From positions 1 through 64,000 of the forward strand of contig CAZQQT010000004.1 in the NCBI GenBank assembly GCA_964595645.1: DNA of 64,000 nucleotides. Direction: 5' to 3'. The position numbers and the translations under genes are program-made. The notes beneath the pieces were generated by a model. The model was not told where the DNA came from and searched no databases. It saw only the letters and a list, made by a program, of their open reading frames with translations. Below are positions 9,879-19,334 of this stretch, piece by piece. Each line of letters starts with the position of its first letter. Position 1 is the stretch's first letter. The DNA is from an uncultured Thermococci archaeon. GTDB taxonomy: Archaea; Methanobacteriota_B; Thermococci; Methanofastidiosales; B48-G16.

Positions 9879-10454
9879 TTAGGTGTTTTCTTCCATATCT
9901 TCTAAAATATCGGTAAGATCGTTTTGCATCTTTTGTAGATCATCTTGTACCCTCATTTTTTTGCATACATCCATCAAATAGGCATGATCGAGAGTTTTCA
10001 GCTGCCTCACATAAATTCCCTCGGCATCGCTGAGATCCTGTTCGCTTCCATAAAGTAGTTTATGAGCGATGGTGTCTTCAGGGGAGGCAACGAACATGGT
10101 TATTCCTTCAAACTCAATTTTTTTCTTATTGTTCATTGTTCTTCTATCACATTCATTGTAAATTCCTTTTATATCTACTCTAAAGAGAGTATTCTTTAAT
10201 TCAGCTGTAAAATGAGACTTTTCCTGGAGCGCCTTTTGTAGATCGCGAGGATCGGCGAAGAATCCCTCAGTCTGTAAAAATTCAGTAAATTCCTCAATTT
10301 TATCTTTATTCAACCGAACAATTATATCCACATCTACAGTGGTTCTGGGATTGCCATATGCAATCACTGCAATACCTCCTACTAACACATAATCAATGCC
10401 CTCCTCATTAAGGTAAGAGCACACAGCCTCAAGGATCTCTTCCATGGTGTGCAT
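9879..10454 (-). CDS. Nucleotidyltransferase (DUF6036/AbiEii-like pol-beta superfamily)
   Basis: YVLVGGIAVIAYGNPRTTVDVDIIV (GG...R.T.D.D), SPEDTIAHKL..GSEQDLSD. Confidence 0.8.
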   Translation of the reverse strand: MHTMEEILEAVCSYLNEEGIDYVLVGGIAVIAYGNPRTTVDVDIIVRLNKDKIEEFTEFLQTEGFFADPRDLQKALQEKSHFTAELKNTLFRVDIKGIYNECDRRTMNNKKKIEFEGITMFVASPEDTIAHKLLYGSEQDLSDAEGIYVRQLKTLDHAYLMDVCKKMRVQDDLQKMQNDLTDILEDMEENT

Positions 10455-10596
10455 GGGTTATTTCCTCCCTAAATTTCACAATAAAATTAATCATGTCAAA
10501 TCCCATAGCCAGTGTTTCTGTCTCACTAAACTTTCTGGCTTTTATAGCTTCTCTAATACGTTCTTTTCTACGGAGAGCATATATAGAATCCTTCAT
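10429..10596 (-). CDS. Small basic protein, probable partner of the downstream nucleotidyltransferase
   Basis: MKDSIYALRRKE start after AGAGGAAG RBS; overlaps start of the NTase gene. Confidence 0.55.
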   Translation of the reverse strand: MKDSIYALRRKERIREAIKARKFSETETLAMGFDMINFIVKFREEITHAHHGRDP

Positions 10597-10815
10597 TTTT
10601 CTTCCTCTGATCGTGTATCTATTAATAACATATACAAACTTTATCTTTTTATACATTACACATTTAAATCTATCCTACAAATATACAATAATTAGAAATT
10701 TTATAAAATACTCTTATTGAATAATTTTTGTTGTATAGTTTTCTAAATTCCTGAAGCATACAATTTATTAAACAGTCGTTCAATTTAAAAAACTATCGTT
10801 CATTTGATTGAACAA

Positions 10816-12990
10816 TTAGTCTTTTAACTTGCTTCCCACGATGACATTCTGCCCAAACGCAATTCCTCCATCACCTGCGGGAACGTGGCTGTGCGTGAAC
10901 AGTTCGTACCCGCTCTCTTTTAATTTCCCATGGACCATTTCAATAATGGGAATGTTGTACGCAACGCCGCCTGCAATACCAACCTTTTTTCCCTCTGCAT
11001 TTTCCATGGCGCTCTCTGTTAACTCACTCATGATAGCGTATACTGTCGAGTACGCAAGATCAGCCTTGTCTTTCTCGGAAAGAGAGGAGCTCACGTACTT
11101 TTCCATCTGATCGAAGATCGGTATCGTCTGAACAACACCACGCTTTCTCTCGGTCTCAAAGGTATGACGGCATGTTCCCTTTTCCAGATACTTTTCCAAC
11201 TTCATCGCCGGCTCTCCGCTGTACGTTTTTTTCGTACAGATACCGAGATAGCAGGAAATCGCGTCTAGTACTCTCCCCAAACTGCTCGTTTTGGGTGAGT
11301 CCTTCATAGCCTTTGAGAGTATCTCTGCTTTTTTTCCCTCAAAGTACTTTTCCTTTCCCAATTGCTTGAAGATGGCGAACACGATTCTTCGGGGATCCTC
11401 TGTCGCCTTGTCTCCGCCAATTAGTGGTATCTGTTCAAGATGTCCTACTCGCTCAAAGTCAGTGAACGTCGCATCGAGAACTTCGCCCCCCCAGATCGTG
11501 TCGTCGCTCCCATAGCCCGCACCGTCAAGCGTGAGCACGACACCCTCGTTCACCTCATGCTCCGCAAGCAGTGAGACGGCATGGGCCCAGTGGTGCTGCA
11601 CTGCTGTGGGCTCTACCTGAAACTCCTCCGAAAACGTACGGGCAACACGTCGCGTGTTGTACATCGGGTGAAGATCCATCCCAATACCGTCCACCTCCTC
11701 TACCCCTCGAAGTGTCATGAGGTGGCGTAACGCATCCTCTAGAAACTCCAGTGTAGGATAGTATCGGGTGTTTCCAATATACTGTGTCGCATAGAGCTCT
11801 CCATCCGTCGCCACAGTGCCGCAGACATTTTCTTCTGCACCCACGCTGAGAACGGTCTTGTCGTGTGGTATGGTAATGGGATCGGGCACGTACCCTCGTG
11901 ATTTTCTGATAAAAAACGTTCGTTCTCCCCAGAGCTTGATGACAGAATCATCGATTCTATTAGGGATTGCTCTATCATGGAGGAGATAGTACTCTGCCTT
12001 CAATGAGAATGCTTCCTCATTCTCGGTGACCATTGGTTCACCAGGTGTATTTGCGGAAGTCATCACCATCGCGTCCTCCTCCATATACGAAAAAAGAAGA
12101 TGGTGGAGTCCAGTGTAGGGGAGGTAAAGACCAATTGTTGGAATTCCAGGAGCAATATTTCTACTTTGTTTCTTGTGCACCAGTACAATGGGTTTTTTAT
12201 TGGAACACAGTAGTTCTCGTTCCTCGTCGGTGATATCCGCATACTTCTCAACCGTGGCAATATCTCTCACCATTACAGCCAGCGGTTTCTGGGGTCTGTT
12301 GTACCACACCCTCAATTTTTCTATCTCGTCGAGGCGACAGCTGAGATGCATGCCCCCCCATGACTTCATTGCAACAATCGCGCCGCTATCAAGATAATTC
12401 GCCGTTTTTTTGATAATATCTCCTGTTATCTCCCGTTTCTCGCTGTTGTACAGTCGGTACGATGGCCCGCATCGGGCACAGGAGATTGTCTGAGCATGGT
12501 ATCGTCTGTCCATGGGATCTGTGTACTCCTCGTTACATTCCTCACAGAGCGGAAACGCACCCATAGCAGTCTTCTCCCTATCATAGGGGAGATCGGTAAT
12601 GAGTGAAAATCGTGCGCCGCATACCGTGCAGTTGGTGAAGGGATAGTGATATCGCCTGTTCTCGGGATCGAAAAGCTCCTCGAAGCACTCATCGCATATT
12701 CCTGTATCCACGGGGATTGGTGATGACCGAGCCCCGGTTTCGCTTTTGATTATTCGAAAGTCATCGAATGTTCTATCATCTTCTTCTATCACAATCTCGG
12801 TAATTTTTGCAGTAGAAGGGAGGTTCCTTTTCAAGTTCTCAATGAACTTTTCAGCATCACGGTTGAGGACAACCTCTACCTCTGAACCTTTGTTCAACAC
12901 GTATCCCGTCAGGCCCATCTTCGTAGCTATCCTGTAAACTGTCGGCCTGAACCCTACTCCCTGAACTATGCCGCGAATAATAACCTTCAT
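10816..12990 (-). CDS. hypF: Carbamoyltransferase HypF
   Basis: GIVQGVGFRP acylphosphatase, two CxxC zinc fingers, DLHP, QHHWAH, DGAGYG, PAGDGGIAFGQ. Confidence 0.97.
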   Translation of the reverse strand: MKVIIRGIVQGVGFRPTVYRIATKMGLTGYVLNKGSEVEVVLNRDAEKFIENLKRNLPSTAKITEIVIEEDDRTFDDFRIIKSETGARSSPIPVDTGICDECFEELFDPENRRYHYPFTNCTVCGARFSLITDLPYDREKTAMGAFPLCEECNEEYTDPMDRRYHAQTISCARCGPSYRLYNSEKREITGDIIKKTANYLDSGAIVAMKSWGGMHLSCRLDEIEKLRVWYNRPQKPLAVMVRDIATVEKYADITDEERELLCSNKKPIVLVHKKQSRNIAPGIPTIGLYLPYTGLHHLLFSYMEEDAMVMTSANTPGEPMVTENEEAFSLKAEYYLLHDRAIPNRIDDSVIKLWGERTFFIRKSRGYVPDPITIPHDKTVLSVGAEENVCGTVATDGELYATQYIGNTRYYPTLEFLEDALRHLMTLRGVEEVDGIGMDLHPMYNTRRVARTFSEEFQVEPTAVQHHWAHAVSLLAEHEVNEGVVLTLDGAGYGSDDTIWGGEVLDATFTDFERVGHLEQIPLIGGDKATEDPRRIVFAIFKQLGKEKYFEGKKAEILSKAMKDSPKTSSLGRVLDAISCYLGICTKKTYSGEPAMKLEKYLEKGTCRHTFETERKRGVVQTIPIFDQMEKYVSSSLSEKDKADLAYSTVYAIMSELTESAMENAEGKKVGIAGGVAYNIPIIEMVHGKLKESGYELFTHSHVPAGDGGIAFGQNVIVGSKLKD

Positions 12991-13382
12991 TATTTAACGA
13001 TCAAGTTATCTGCATACTTATCGTCGCTTGCCAGGAGCCATTCATCGCTCATCTCGATAGCGCTGACCGGACAAACCTCCTCACACTGGGAGCAGAAAGT
13101 ACATCGTGTCAGATAAAACTTTACTTTTTTATCGTCGGGAATGAATTCTATCGCCTGTGATGGACATACTCTCACACAGAGCTGACAGCCGATGCACGTC
13201 TCTCTGTCGTATGCAGGTGCACCTCGAAACTTCGGTGGAAGTTCTATGGGTGGGATCATCTCTACTTTGCCTTCCTCAACGTCTGCCAAAAACCTGATGG
13301 TGGATTTTGGCGCATACTTCGCAGGGAATTTGTTGGTGAAGGGGTGCTTAAACACCTGTTTGAGTACTCGTAAAATCATCAT
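12990..13382 (-). CDS. Group 4 hydrogenase 2[4Fe-4S] subunit (NuoI/MbhN/EchF-like)
   Basis: PFTNKFP, FRG, CIGCQLCVRVCP, CTFCSQCEEVCP. Confidence 0.92.
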   Translation of the reverse strand: MMILRVLKQVFKHPFTNKFPAKYAPKSTIRFLADVEEGKVEMIPPIELPPKFRGAPAYDRETCIGCQLCVRVCPSQAIEFIPDDKKVKFYLTRCTFCSQCEEVCPVSAIEMSDEWLLASDDKYADNLIVK

Positions 13383-14611
13383 CGTGTCAGCCTCCTCGTT
13401 TTTTCAACGCTCAGGCGGTGGAGATCTTCATTATCCAGGACCTCCTTTGTGTTACCTTTTATCACGGTAGCCCTATTCGTACATGACATACAGGGGTCTG
13501 TGGATGCAGCGACAATTGGAATATCGGCAACTTCCTCCCCCATCAACATTGGTATCCATGGCAGTAAGTTGTTGTATGTAGGTGCTCGAACCTTCCATGA
13601 GTACGGCTCTTCGTGCTCTCCATCGAGTTTCACATAATGGATTACCTCTCCTCGTGGGGCTTCTGCCCGTCCAATCGCCCGTCCTTCAGATTTTTTCAGC
13701 CGGGCAAGAAGCTTTGGAATCTTCTCTTCGGCCATAATATCGCCGGATGGCATTCGATCGAGACATTGCTCGATGAGATCAATAGACTGTTTCACCTCAA
13801 GCAGGCGTACGATAATCCTGTCGTAGACATCTCCGTTCACCTCGCCTGTGAGAATATCTGGTGTCATGTAATCAATATCAAGATCACCGTAGGCACAGTA
13901 GGCCTGATCTACTCGTACGTCCTTTTTTACGCCGCTTGCTCTTACAGTGGGGCCCACTGCGCAGAGTTTCAATGCGTCCTCCTTTGTGAGCACGCCACAT
14001 CCTTGGGATCTAAGTTTGATGCTTCTATCCTCTAAAAATGTACTTTTCAAGGTGTCGAAGTTCTCTTTATAGTAATCCAATGCATCGTAAATTTTGGGGA
14101 GATGCTCTTCTGTAACATCTCTTCTCACACCACCAACAGCCATTATAGCTTTTGTGACTCTGTTACCTGTGAGATACTCGATGAGATCCATCACCTTCTC
14201 TCGTACCGCCCAGGTCAGATGAAGTACGGTATCGAACCCGATCTCATGGGCTGCCACACCGGCCCACAGCACGTGAGAGTGTATTCTCTCGAGTTCCGCC
14301 ATGATTACCCTAATATAATCTGCTCTCTCCGGGACCTCAATATCTGCTACATTCTCTATAGCTCGGCAGAACGCCAAGGGGTGACAGATATTACAGATGC
14401 CACAGATTCGTTCTGCCAGAAAGAGTATCTGGACAGGATTTCGCTGTGTACCGATCCACTCAATTGCTCTATGAACTTGCCCTACCTTCAGATCAATATC
14501 GACAATTCTTTCACCATCGGTCTCGAACTCAAAGGCCACTGGTTCCTTGAGAGCCGGATGGATTGGACCAATTGGTAGTGTGTAAGATGTTTTCTCACTC
14601 TTTTGACTCAT
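13379..14611 (-). CDS. Group 4 [NiFe]-hydrogenase large subunit (MbhL/EchE/HycE-like)
   Basis: GPIHPALKEP, L1 ERICGICNICH, EAPRGE, L2 DPCMSCTNR followed by a C-terminal extension. Confidence 0.95.
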   Translation of the reverse strand: MSQKSEKTSYTLPIGPIHPALKEPVAFEFETDGERIVDIDLKVGQVHRAIEWIGTQRNPVQILFLAERICGICNICHPLAFCRAIENVADIEVPERADYIRVIMAELERIHSHVLWAGVAAHEIGFDTVLHLTWAVREKVMDLIEYLTGNRVTKAIMAVGGVRRDVTEEHLPKIYDALDYYKENFDTLKSTFLEDRSIKLRSQGCGVLTKEDALKLCAVGPTVRASGVKKDVRVDQAYCAYGDLDIDYMTPDILTGEVNGDVYDRIIVRLLEVKQSIDLIEQCLDRMPSGDIMAEEKIPKLLARLKKSEGRAIGRAEAPRGEVIHYVKLDGEHEEPYSWKVRAPTYNNLLPWIPMLMGEEVADIPIVAASTDPCMSCTNRATVIKGNTKEVLDNEDLHRLSVEKTRRLTR

Positions 14612-15122
14612 ACATATCCCTCACTAAATTTTGAGGACCTTTTTCGTCCTTTCTCCATGGATAGACATCCTCTGGGAAACTCTCTGGTAAGAAGATCCTT
14701 CTATCATCCGGAATGTTTTTCACTGTGACACCAAGCATCTCCTGGATCTCCCGTTCTGTGATGAGCGCTCCAGGAATAATATCGCAGAGACTCTCTATAG
14801 TAGGATCGGATTTGGGAAGCAACACAGAAAAATTAATCGAGATTTCACTTAGTCGTTCCCCATAGTATACTGAAAGATGGTAATTCAACTCGATATCCTC
14901 GCCTATATCACTTCCTGAGATGATTGAAAAATGTGGGAACTGTATATCGCAAAGATGTTTCACTGCCCCTTTTAAGATATCTCTATCAATGCGCATCCAT
15001 ACATTGAAGAACTCTTTTTTCTCTGTACCGGCTGTTCTTTTGTCAATTTTTGTATCCGTTATCTTATCGCCAAACTCATCCTTGAAGTACTCAACGATCT
15101 CGTCAGGTGTCATTTTTTTCAT
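14595..15122 (-). CDS. Group 4 hydrogenase NuoC/MbhK/EchD-like subunit
   Basis: EREIQEMLGV...PDDRRIFLPE.FP..YPWRKD; ATG 15122 overlaps upstream stop. Confidence 0.9.
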   Translation of the reverse strand: MKKMTPDEIVEYFKDEFGDKITDTKIDKRTAGTEKKEFFNVWMRIDRDILKGAVKHLCDIQFPHFSIISGSDIGEDIELNYHLSVYYGERLSEISINFSVLLPKSDPTIESLCDIIPGALITEREIQEMLGVTVKNIPDDRRIFLPESFPEDVYPWRKDEKGPQNLVRDMYESKE

Positions 15123-15559
15123 TCTTGTCCCTCCTCCATTTTTTCTAGCTTCACCCACGCTTTAACTACACCGTTGATGATCGCTTCAGGCCGTGGTGGA
15201 CATCCGGGTACATACACATCCACAGGAATAATTTCATCCAGTGGCCCTGCAACATTATATGATTCATGGAAGACCCCTCCTGTGTTTCCACAGTTTCCAA
15301 CCATGATTACTGCCTTTGGGTCCGCCATCTGCTCATATACTCGTTTTACCTTGTCCTCCATTTGCTTTATCACCGGCCCTGTGGCCAGCAATACATCTGC
15401 ATGTCGTGGCGTGCCTACGAGCTTTATTCCGAATCTCTCTACGTCATATCGGGGTGTCAGAGCTGCAACTATCTCAATATCACAACCATTGCACGACCCT
15501 GTATTCATATGAAATACCCACAATGACTTTTTAAACGAGTCCAGGCTTCCCAATTTCAT
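15119..15559 (-). CDS. Group 4 hydrogenase small subunit (NuoB/MbhJ/EchC-like)
   Basis: GSCNGCDIE, PRHAD, GNC, VPGCPPRPEAI. Confidence 0.95.
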   Translation of the reverse strand: MKLGSLDSFKKSLWVFHMNTGSCNGCDIEIVAALTPRYDVERFGIKLVGTPRHADVLLATGPVIKQMEDKVKRVYEQMADPKAVIMVGNCGNTGGVFHESYNVAGPLDEIIPVDVYVPGCPPRPEAIINGVVKAWVKLEKMEEGQE

Positions 15560-15622
15560 GTAACTTCCTCGCTGAATTTTTATTTATACTCACACCGAAC
15601 CGGTACCTTAAAAAACTTATGG

Positions 15623-16669
15623 TCAACATATTCGCGGAACAGGATCGCCCACGGGTTTATGCAGTATTCTTTGTCCTCCCACACTCGTTTCCAATACTAC
15701 GCCTTTTAACGATTTCTTTACCTCCCCGATAATAGCCGCGTTTCGGCCAAGAGGATGTTTTCGTATCTCTCCTAGTATTTTTTCCGCTTTTTCTTTTACC
15801 ACACCAAGTACAACTTTTCCCTCATTCCCTATTTCCAGTGGATCGATACCGAGCATGTCACATGCCGATCTCACCCCTTGAGGAACTGGAATCATCTCTT
15901 CTTCTATTAAAATACCGATATCTGATTTTTCACTAAGTTCATTTAACGTGTTGGAAAGTCCTCCTCGAGTGGGATCCTTCGCAGAAACAATACCTCCTAT
16001 GGAGAGAGCATGTTGTATTAAAGCATTAAGTGGTGCAATATCTGATTTTATCTTCGTACCAAATCCGTACCCTTCTCTAAAAGAGAGCAAAGCAACGCCG
16101 TGTTCTCCCATGTTTCCAGAAATAATAATTTTATCACCATTTTCTAGATTCGAATCCAGGAGCCACTTTCTATCAAAGTTTCTGTAGGTTTTGACAACAT
16201 CGTTGTTGTGTTCGAGCTGGGAGCTACTCCTCCCAATGGCGCTGGTATTTACCATGAACTCCTGTATCGCTCCTTTTTCCACTACCTTGGTGTCACCTGT
16301 AACAATTGGGACGTGTGCCTTTTTTGAGTACGTTCCCATGCTTTTTACAATGTCCCTAAGTTTTTTCAGGGAGAATCCTTCCTCAACGATGAATCCAGCA
16401 GAGAGCGCAATGGGATCTGCCCCCATTACCGCAACATCGTTCACGGTCCCTGATACTGCCAATGAACCGATATCGCCGCCAGGGAAGAAGAGGGGATGAA
16501 CGGTGTGCGAATCCGTAGTGAACACGATATCATCGATCACTGCAGAGTCGTCCAATGATGAAAGAGGAACGTCTCCGCCATCGCTGAACTCCTGCAACAT
16601 CGTCTCCTTGATGAGACTGTCCATCTGCTCGCCGCCTGCACCGTGGGATAGTGTAATTCTCTCGTCCAT
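15623..16669 (-). CDS. hypE: Hydrogenase maturation protein HypE
   Basis: LSHGAGG, TTDSH, GTVNDVA, TGDTKVV, DPTRGGL, C-terminal PRIC; start moved to ATG 16669. Confidence 0.96.
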   Translation of the reverse strand: MDERITLSHGAGGEQMDSLIKETMLQEFSDGGDVPLSSLDDSAVIDDIVFTTDSHTVHPLFFPGGDIGSLAVSGTVNDVAVMGADPIALSAGFIVEEGFSLKKLRDIVKSMGTYSKKAHVPIVTGDTKVVEKGAIQEFMVNTSAIGRSSSQLEHNNDVVKTYRNFDRKWLLDSNLENGDKIIISGNMGEHGVALLSFREGYGFGTKIKSDIAPLNALIQHALSIGGIVSAKDPTRGGLSNTLNELSEKSDIGILIEEEMIPVPQGVRSACDMLGIDPLEIGNEGKVVLGVVKEKAEKILGEIRKHPLGRNAAIIGEVKKSLKGVVLETSVGGQRILHKPVGDPVPRIC

Positions 16670-16727
16670 ACTGCCTGTTCGACCTGCGATATATAAACTT
16701 TTATACTGCCTCGTTGTAAGGGAAGTG

Positions 16728-17177
16728 ATGAGAACTGTGGTAATGTGCATTGGAAATAGACAGAAGGGAGACGATGCCGTGGGACCATACATTGCAGATA
16801 CACTTAACGAAGGATCATTGGAAAATTTTCTTGTACTCGACTGCGGCACCGTCCCTGAAAACTTCACGTCGTCAGTTAAAAGATACGCTCCTGACGCAGT
16901 AGTGCTCATCGATGCCACCGATATGACGTTATCTCCAGGAGAAGTACGCGTGATACCAAAGGAGATGATAGGGGGCATGCACATTAGCACACATCATATG
17001 CCGCTCTCCATGCTCATATCCTATCTGGAAACCCACGTGGACACTGTGATGCTCATTGGAATTCAGCCGAAAAAGACAGAGGGAAGCATGAGCGAAGAAG
17101 TGAGAATGAGTGCGGAGTGGTTAGTTGAGATAATAAAGAACGGAAATATCTCAGATTTGAAAGTGTTAGGAAATTGA
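16728..17177 (+). CDS. hycI: Hydrogenase maturation endopeptidase HycI type
   Basis: CIGN..KGDDAVG, CGTVPENF, IDA, STHHMPL, GIQP; start ATG 16728. Confidence 0.9.
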   Translation: MRTVVMCIGNRQKGDDAVGPYIADTLNEGSLENFLVLDCGTVPENFTSSVKRYAPDAVVLIDATDMTLSPGEVRVIPKEMIGGMHISTHHMPLSMLISYLETHVDTVMLIGIQPKKTEGSMSEEVRMSAEWLVEIIKNGNISDLKVLGN

Positions 17178-17178
17178 A

Positions 17179-17208
17179 TTCTAGTTATACATTACATTTT
17201 CGTGGCAT
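17179..17208 (-). pseudogene. Relic N-terminus of a HEPN/DUF86 toxin gene
   Basis: ATG overlapping the end of the MNT gene reads MPRKCNV*LE, resembling DUF86 starts (M.R...YLED); cut off at the hycI 3' end. Confidence 0.4.
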
Positions 17209-17495
17209 ATCTAACGTCCTCCAAAATACGAGATCGTAAATCCGGTTTTATACTCTCAACGATAACGAAATTAATTTCAATTTCGAATAAACGCTCTAAA
17301 AAGAATTTGAGCTCCATATAGTTATCAAATGCTTTTTTTCCTTCCTTGAATACTACAAGAATATCTATATCACTTTTTGCCTTCTGTTCACCCCGTACGT
17401 ATGAACCAAATAACCCTATTCTTTTCACGCCGTATTTTTTCTATTTTCTCTTTATTTTTTTCGATCTTTTCTATTATAGCCTCTGATGTCAGCAT
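17192..17495 (-). pseudogene. Minimal nucleotidyltransferase (MNT antitoxin), frameshifted
   Basis: ATG 17495 MLTSEAIIEKIEKNKEKIEK, one extra base in an A6 run (17435-17440), then YGVKRIGLFGSYVRGEQKAKSDIDILV in another frame. Confidence 0.8.
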
Positions 17496-17591
17496 GGTAT
17501 CATCTTTTTTTCTAAACGTTACTATCACTTAACTGCAACAACTGACACAACATTCGAATAAAAATTTTTACGGAAATAGAACGGAAAAAAC

Positions 17592-18314
17592 CTACGACTT
17601 GAACAAAAACACTGCACTCCCCACATTTTTTTCAATATCAATCGATGGAGAAATATTTTCCTTCAATACAGAAGTGACATCCTCGAATATTCCATTATAT
17701 TTGGAGAAATTGAATCCCCGTAGAAATACAATACTGTGAGAGAACTTCTTTCCCTCGATGAGAATATTTGTGTCAATTTTTGATATTCTCAGATCCGCCT
17801 GTCTGATGAACCGGAGGAGATTTTTGTTGAAGGCGAGGACCTTCACGTTGAACACCATTGAAATCGCAATGATTTTGGAAACAATAATTGCTGCCTTTTG
17901 AGGCAAAAACTCGGAAATCCTATTGAAAAGCGTTCTCCAGACCTGATCATACACATCCAGCTCTTCGTGTTCCTCACCATCCTCCAGTTTTTTGTACCCA
18001 AGTTCTACCTCCTTCTTCAGTGTATACTCGGATACGGTGCGAACCTTCAGATCCAAATCCATAAGCTCTTGGAAAAAGTCTCTAATTTCACTGTCTGTAG
18101 CCACTGGTCCCTTAGACCAGTAGGAAAGTATCCTCACTTCCTCTCCGCTCAACGATTTATCTTCGTAGACCTTCAAAAGGATATCAATCAGCTCTTTGGG
18201 CATAATCACCTCTTCTATGCCTAAATTCATTATTGTCCTTTTTATCGAGCTGTATTTACTCTTTGAAACAAAAGCAGAGGTGTCACAGATAGCGATATCC
18301 GATTCCTGGTCCAT
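17592..18314 (-). CDS. Hypothetical protein, probable degenerate PIN-like fold
   Basis: IAICDTSAF (PIN beta1 DTS), VIMPKEL; later PIN acidic positions not conserved; AGGTGA RBS. Confidence 0.6.
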   Translation of the reverse strand: MDQESDIAICDTSAFVSKSKYSSIKRTIMNLGIEEVIMPKELIDILLKVYEDKSLSGEEVRILSYWSKGPVATDSEIRDFFQELMDLDLKVRTVSEYTLKKEVELGYKKLEDGEEHEELDVYDQVWRTLFNRISEFLPQKAAIIVSKIIAISMVFNVKVLAFNKNLLRFIRQADLRISKIDTNILIEGKKFSHSIVFLRGFNFSKYNGIFEDVTSVLKENISPSIDIEKNVGSAVFLFKS

Positions 18315-18322
18315 TCTTTCAC

Positions 18323-18556
18323 CTATAACTCAATTACAATGGCAGTAGTCGTATCTATTACGCCGTCAATATAGTGTATGTTCTGAATTATTGTCTTCGT
18401 CAGCTCGCCAAGGTCATCAGACTCCACATGAGCAATTACGTCATAGGGGCCTGTGACGGCATCCGCATCTTTTACTGCTTCCATCTCTCTGATCTGTTCC
18501 AGCACTTCTTGTACCTTCCCAATTGCTACCGTTATGAGCACATACGAGTGTACCAT
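18323..18556 (-). CDS. Stand-alone Lrp/AsnC ligand-binding (RAM) domain protein
   Basis: YVLI...G, VTGPYDVIA, I..IDGV..TTT. Confidence 0.9.
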   Translation of the reverse strand: MVHSYVLITVAIGKVQEVLEQIREMEAVKDADAVTGPYDVIAHVESDDLGELTKTIIQNIHYIDGVIDTTTAIVIEL

Positions 18557-18643
18557 TTATTTCACCATACCCTCCTTTCTATAAAACTATTTAAATCTTT
18601 CTCATATGCACCAGGAATGAAGTGCGTGAGAAGGAAGAGAGAA

Positions 18644-19156
18644 TTATGATGAAATAAGATATTCTATGGCTCTTTTTACAATGGCACTTTCCAAATTTCC
18701 TTCATATACACCCCACAGAAAAATACCCACAATAAGTACTACTCCTACAATTTGAATTGTTTTATTCGCGTACTTGTTATCGTATCGAAGCCTTGCCCCT
18801 AGATATGGAAAATGGGCGTGTTTTCTTTGTGAGAAAGGATAGAAAAAAGGAATACCCTCTCTTGTAAGGCTATCGCCAAAAATGTGAGAAAATACAGCTG
18901 CAGCGGCTATTAAGGCCCACAGCAGCTCTCTTTTGAGTATCAGGCCGATGATGAACCCGACCAATACACCGAGTAAGGAATGGGTATACTCACTTCGATG
19001 TCCAATTATCACATCGAAATCCGGTGCGATTGAAAAAAATGCTGTCCACACTAAAAAATCGATGAAGTTTACCTCCGCAGGAATTTTTTTATGCAAAACT
19101 ACGTACGTGACCAGCCCAAAAAGAACACCCAGAGAAATATGCGTCTTCCATTCCAT
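18644..19156 (-). CDS. Membrane-bound metal-dependent hydrolase (YdjM/DUF457 family)
   Basis: TH, PDFD, HR..THSL, SHIFGD.LT..G.P.FYP; hydrophobic helices. Confidence 0.88.
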   Translation of the reverse strand: MEWKTHISLGVLFGLVTYVVLHKKIPAEVNFIDFLVWTAFFSIAPDFDVIIGHRSEYTHSLLGVLVGFIIGLILKRELLWALIAAAAVFSHIFGDSLTREGIPFFYPFSQRKHAHFPYLGARLRYDNKYANKTIQIVGVVLIVGIFLWGVYEGNLESAIVKRAIEYLISS

Positions 19157-19224
19157 ACATAGGTGTGAAATTGAACGGTTTATAAGGGTTTGGGATCGTG
19201 ATCCTGTGCTACATAAATCATAAA

Positions 19225-19334
19225 GTAGGAGTTTGTGATCAGATCGCAGAACGAAAGCTTCTGCGATTTAGATATACCGAAAACTGGATTATGGGACGAA
19301 TGTGAGGGGAATTATGCAACTATACATCTCCTAC
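19225..19334. other. Intergenic nested inverted repeats (candidate structured RNA, terminator or element relic)
   Basis: Hairpin AGATCGCAGAA-CGAAAGC-TTCTGCGATTT (19241-19269) inside outer stem GTAGGAG/CTCCTAC. Confidence 0.35.

Noticed and set aside
16670-16990. Long N-terminal extensions in the track for HypE (also ADH, SRPBCC, IscU, HycI, HypC)
   Set aside because: Extensions overlap divergent genes; family-typical starts lie downstream
19241-19269. Hairpin as an archaeal SECIS element
   Set aside because: No GAA/A internal-loop geometry and no in-frame UGA in neighbouring genes; hydrogenase motifs use Cys
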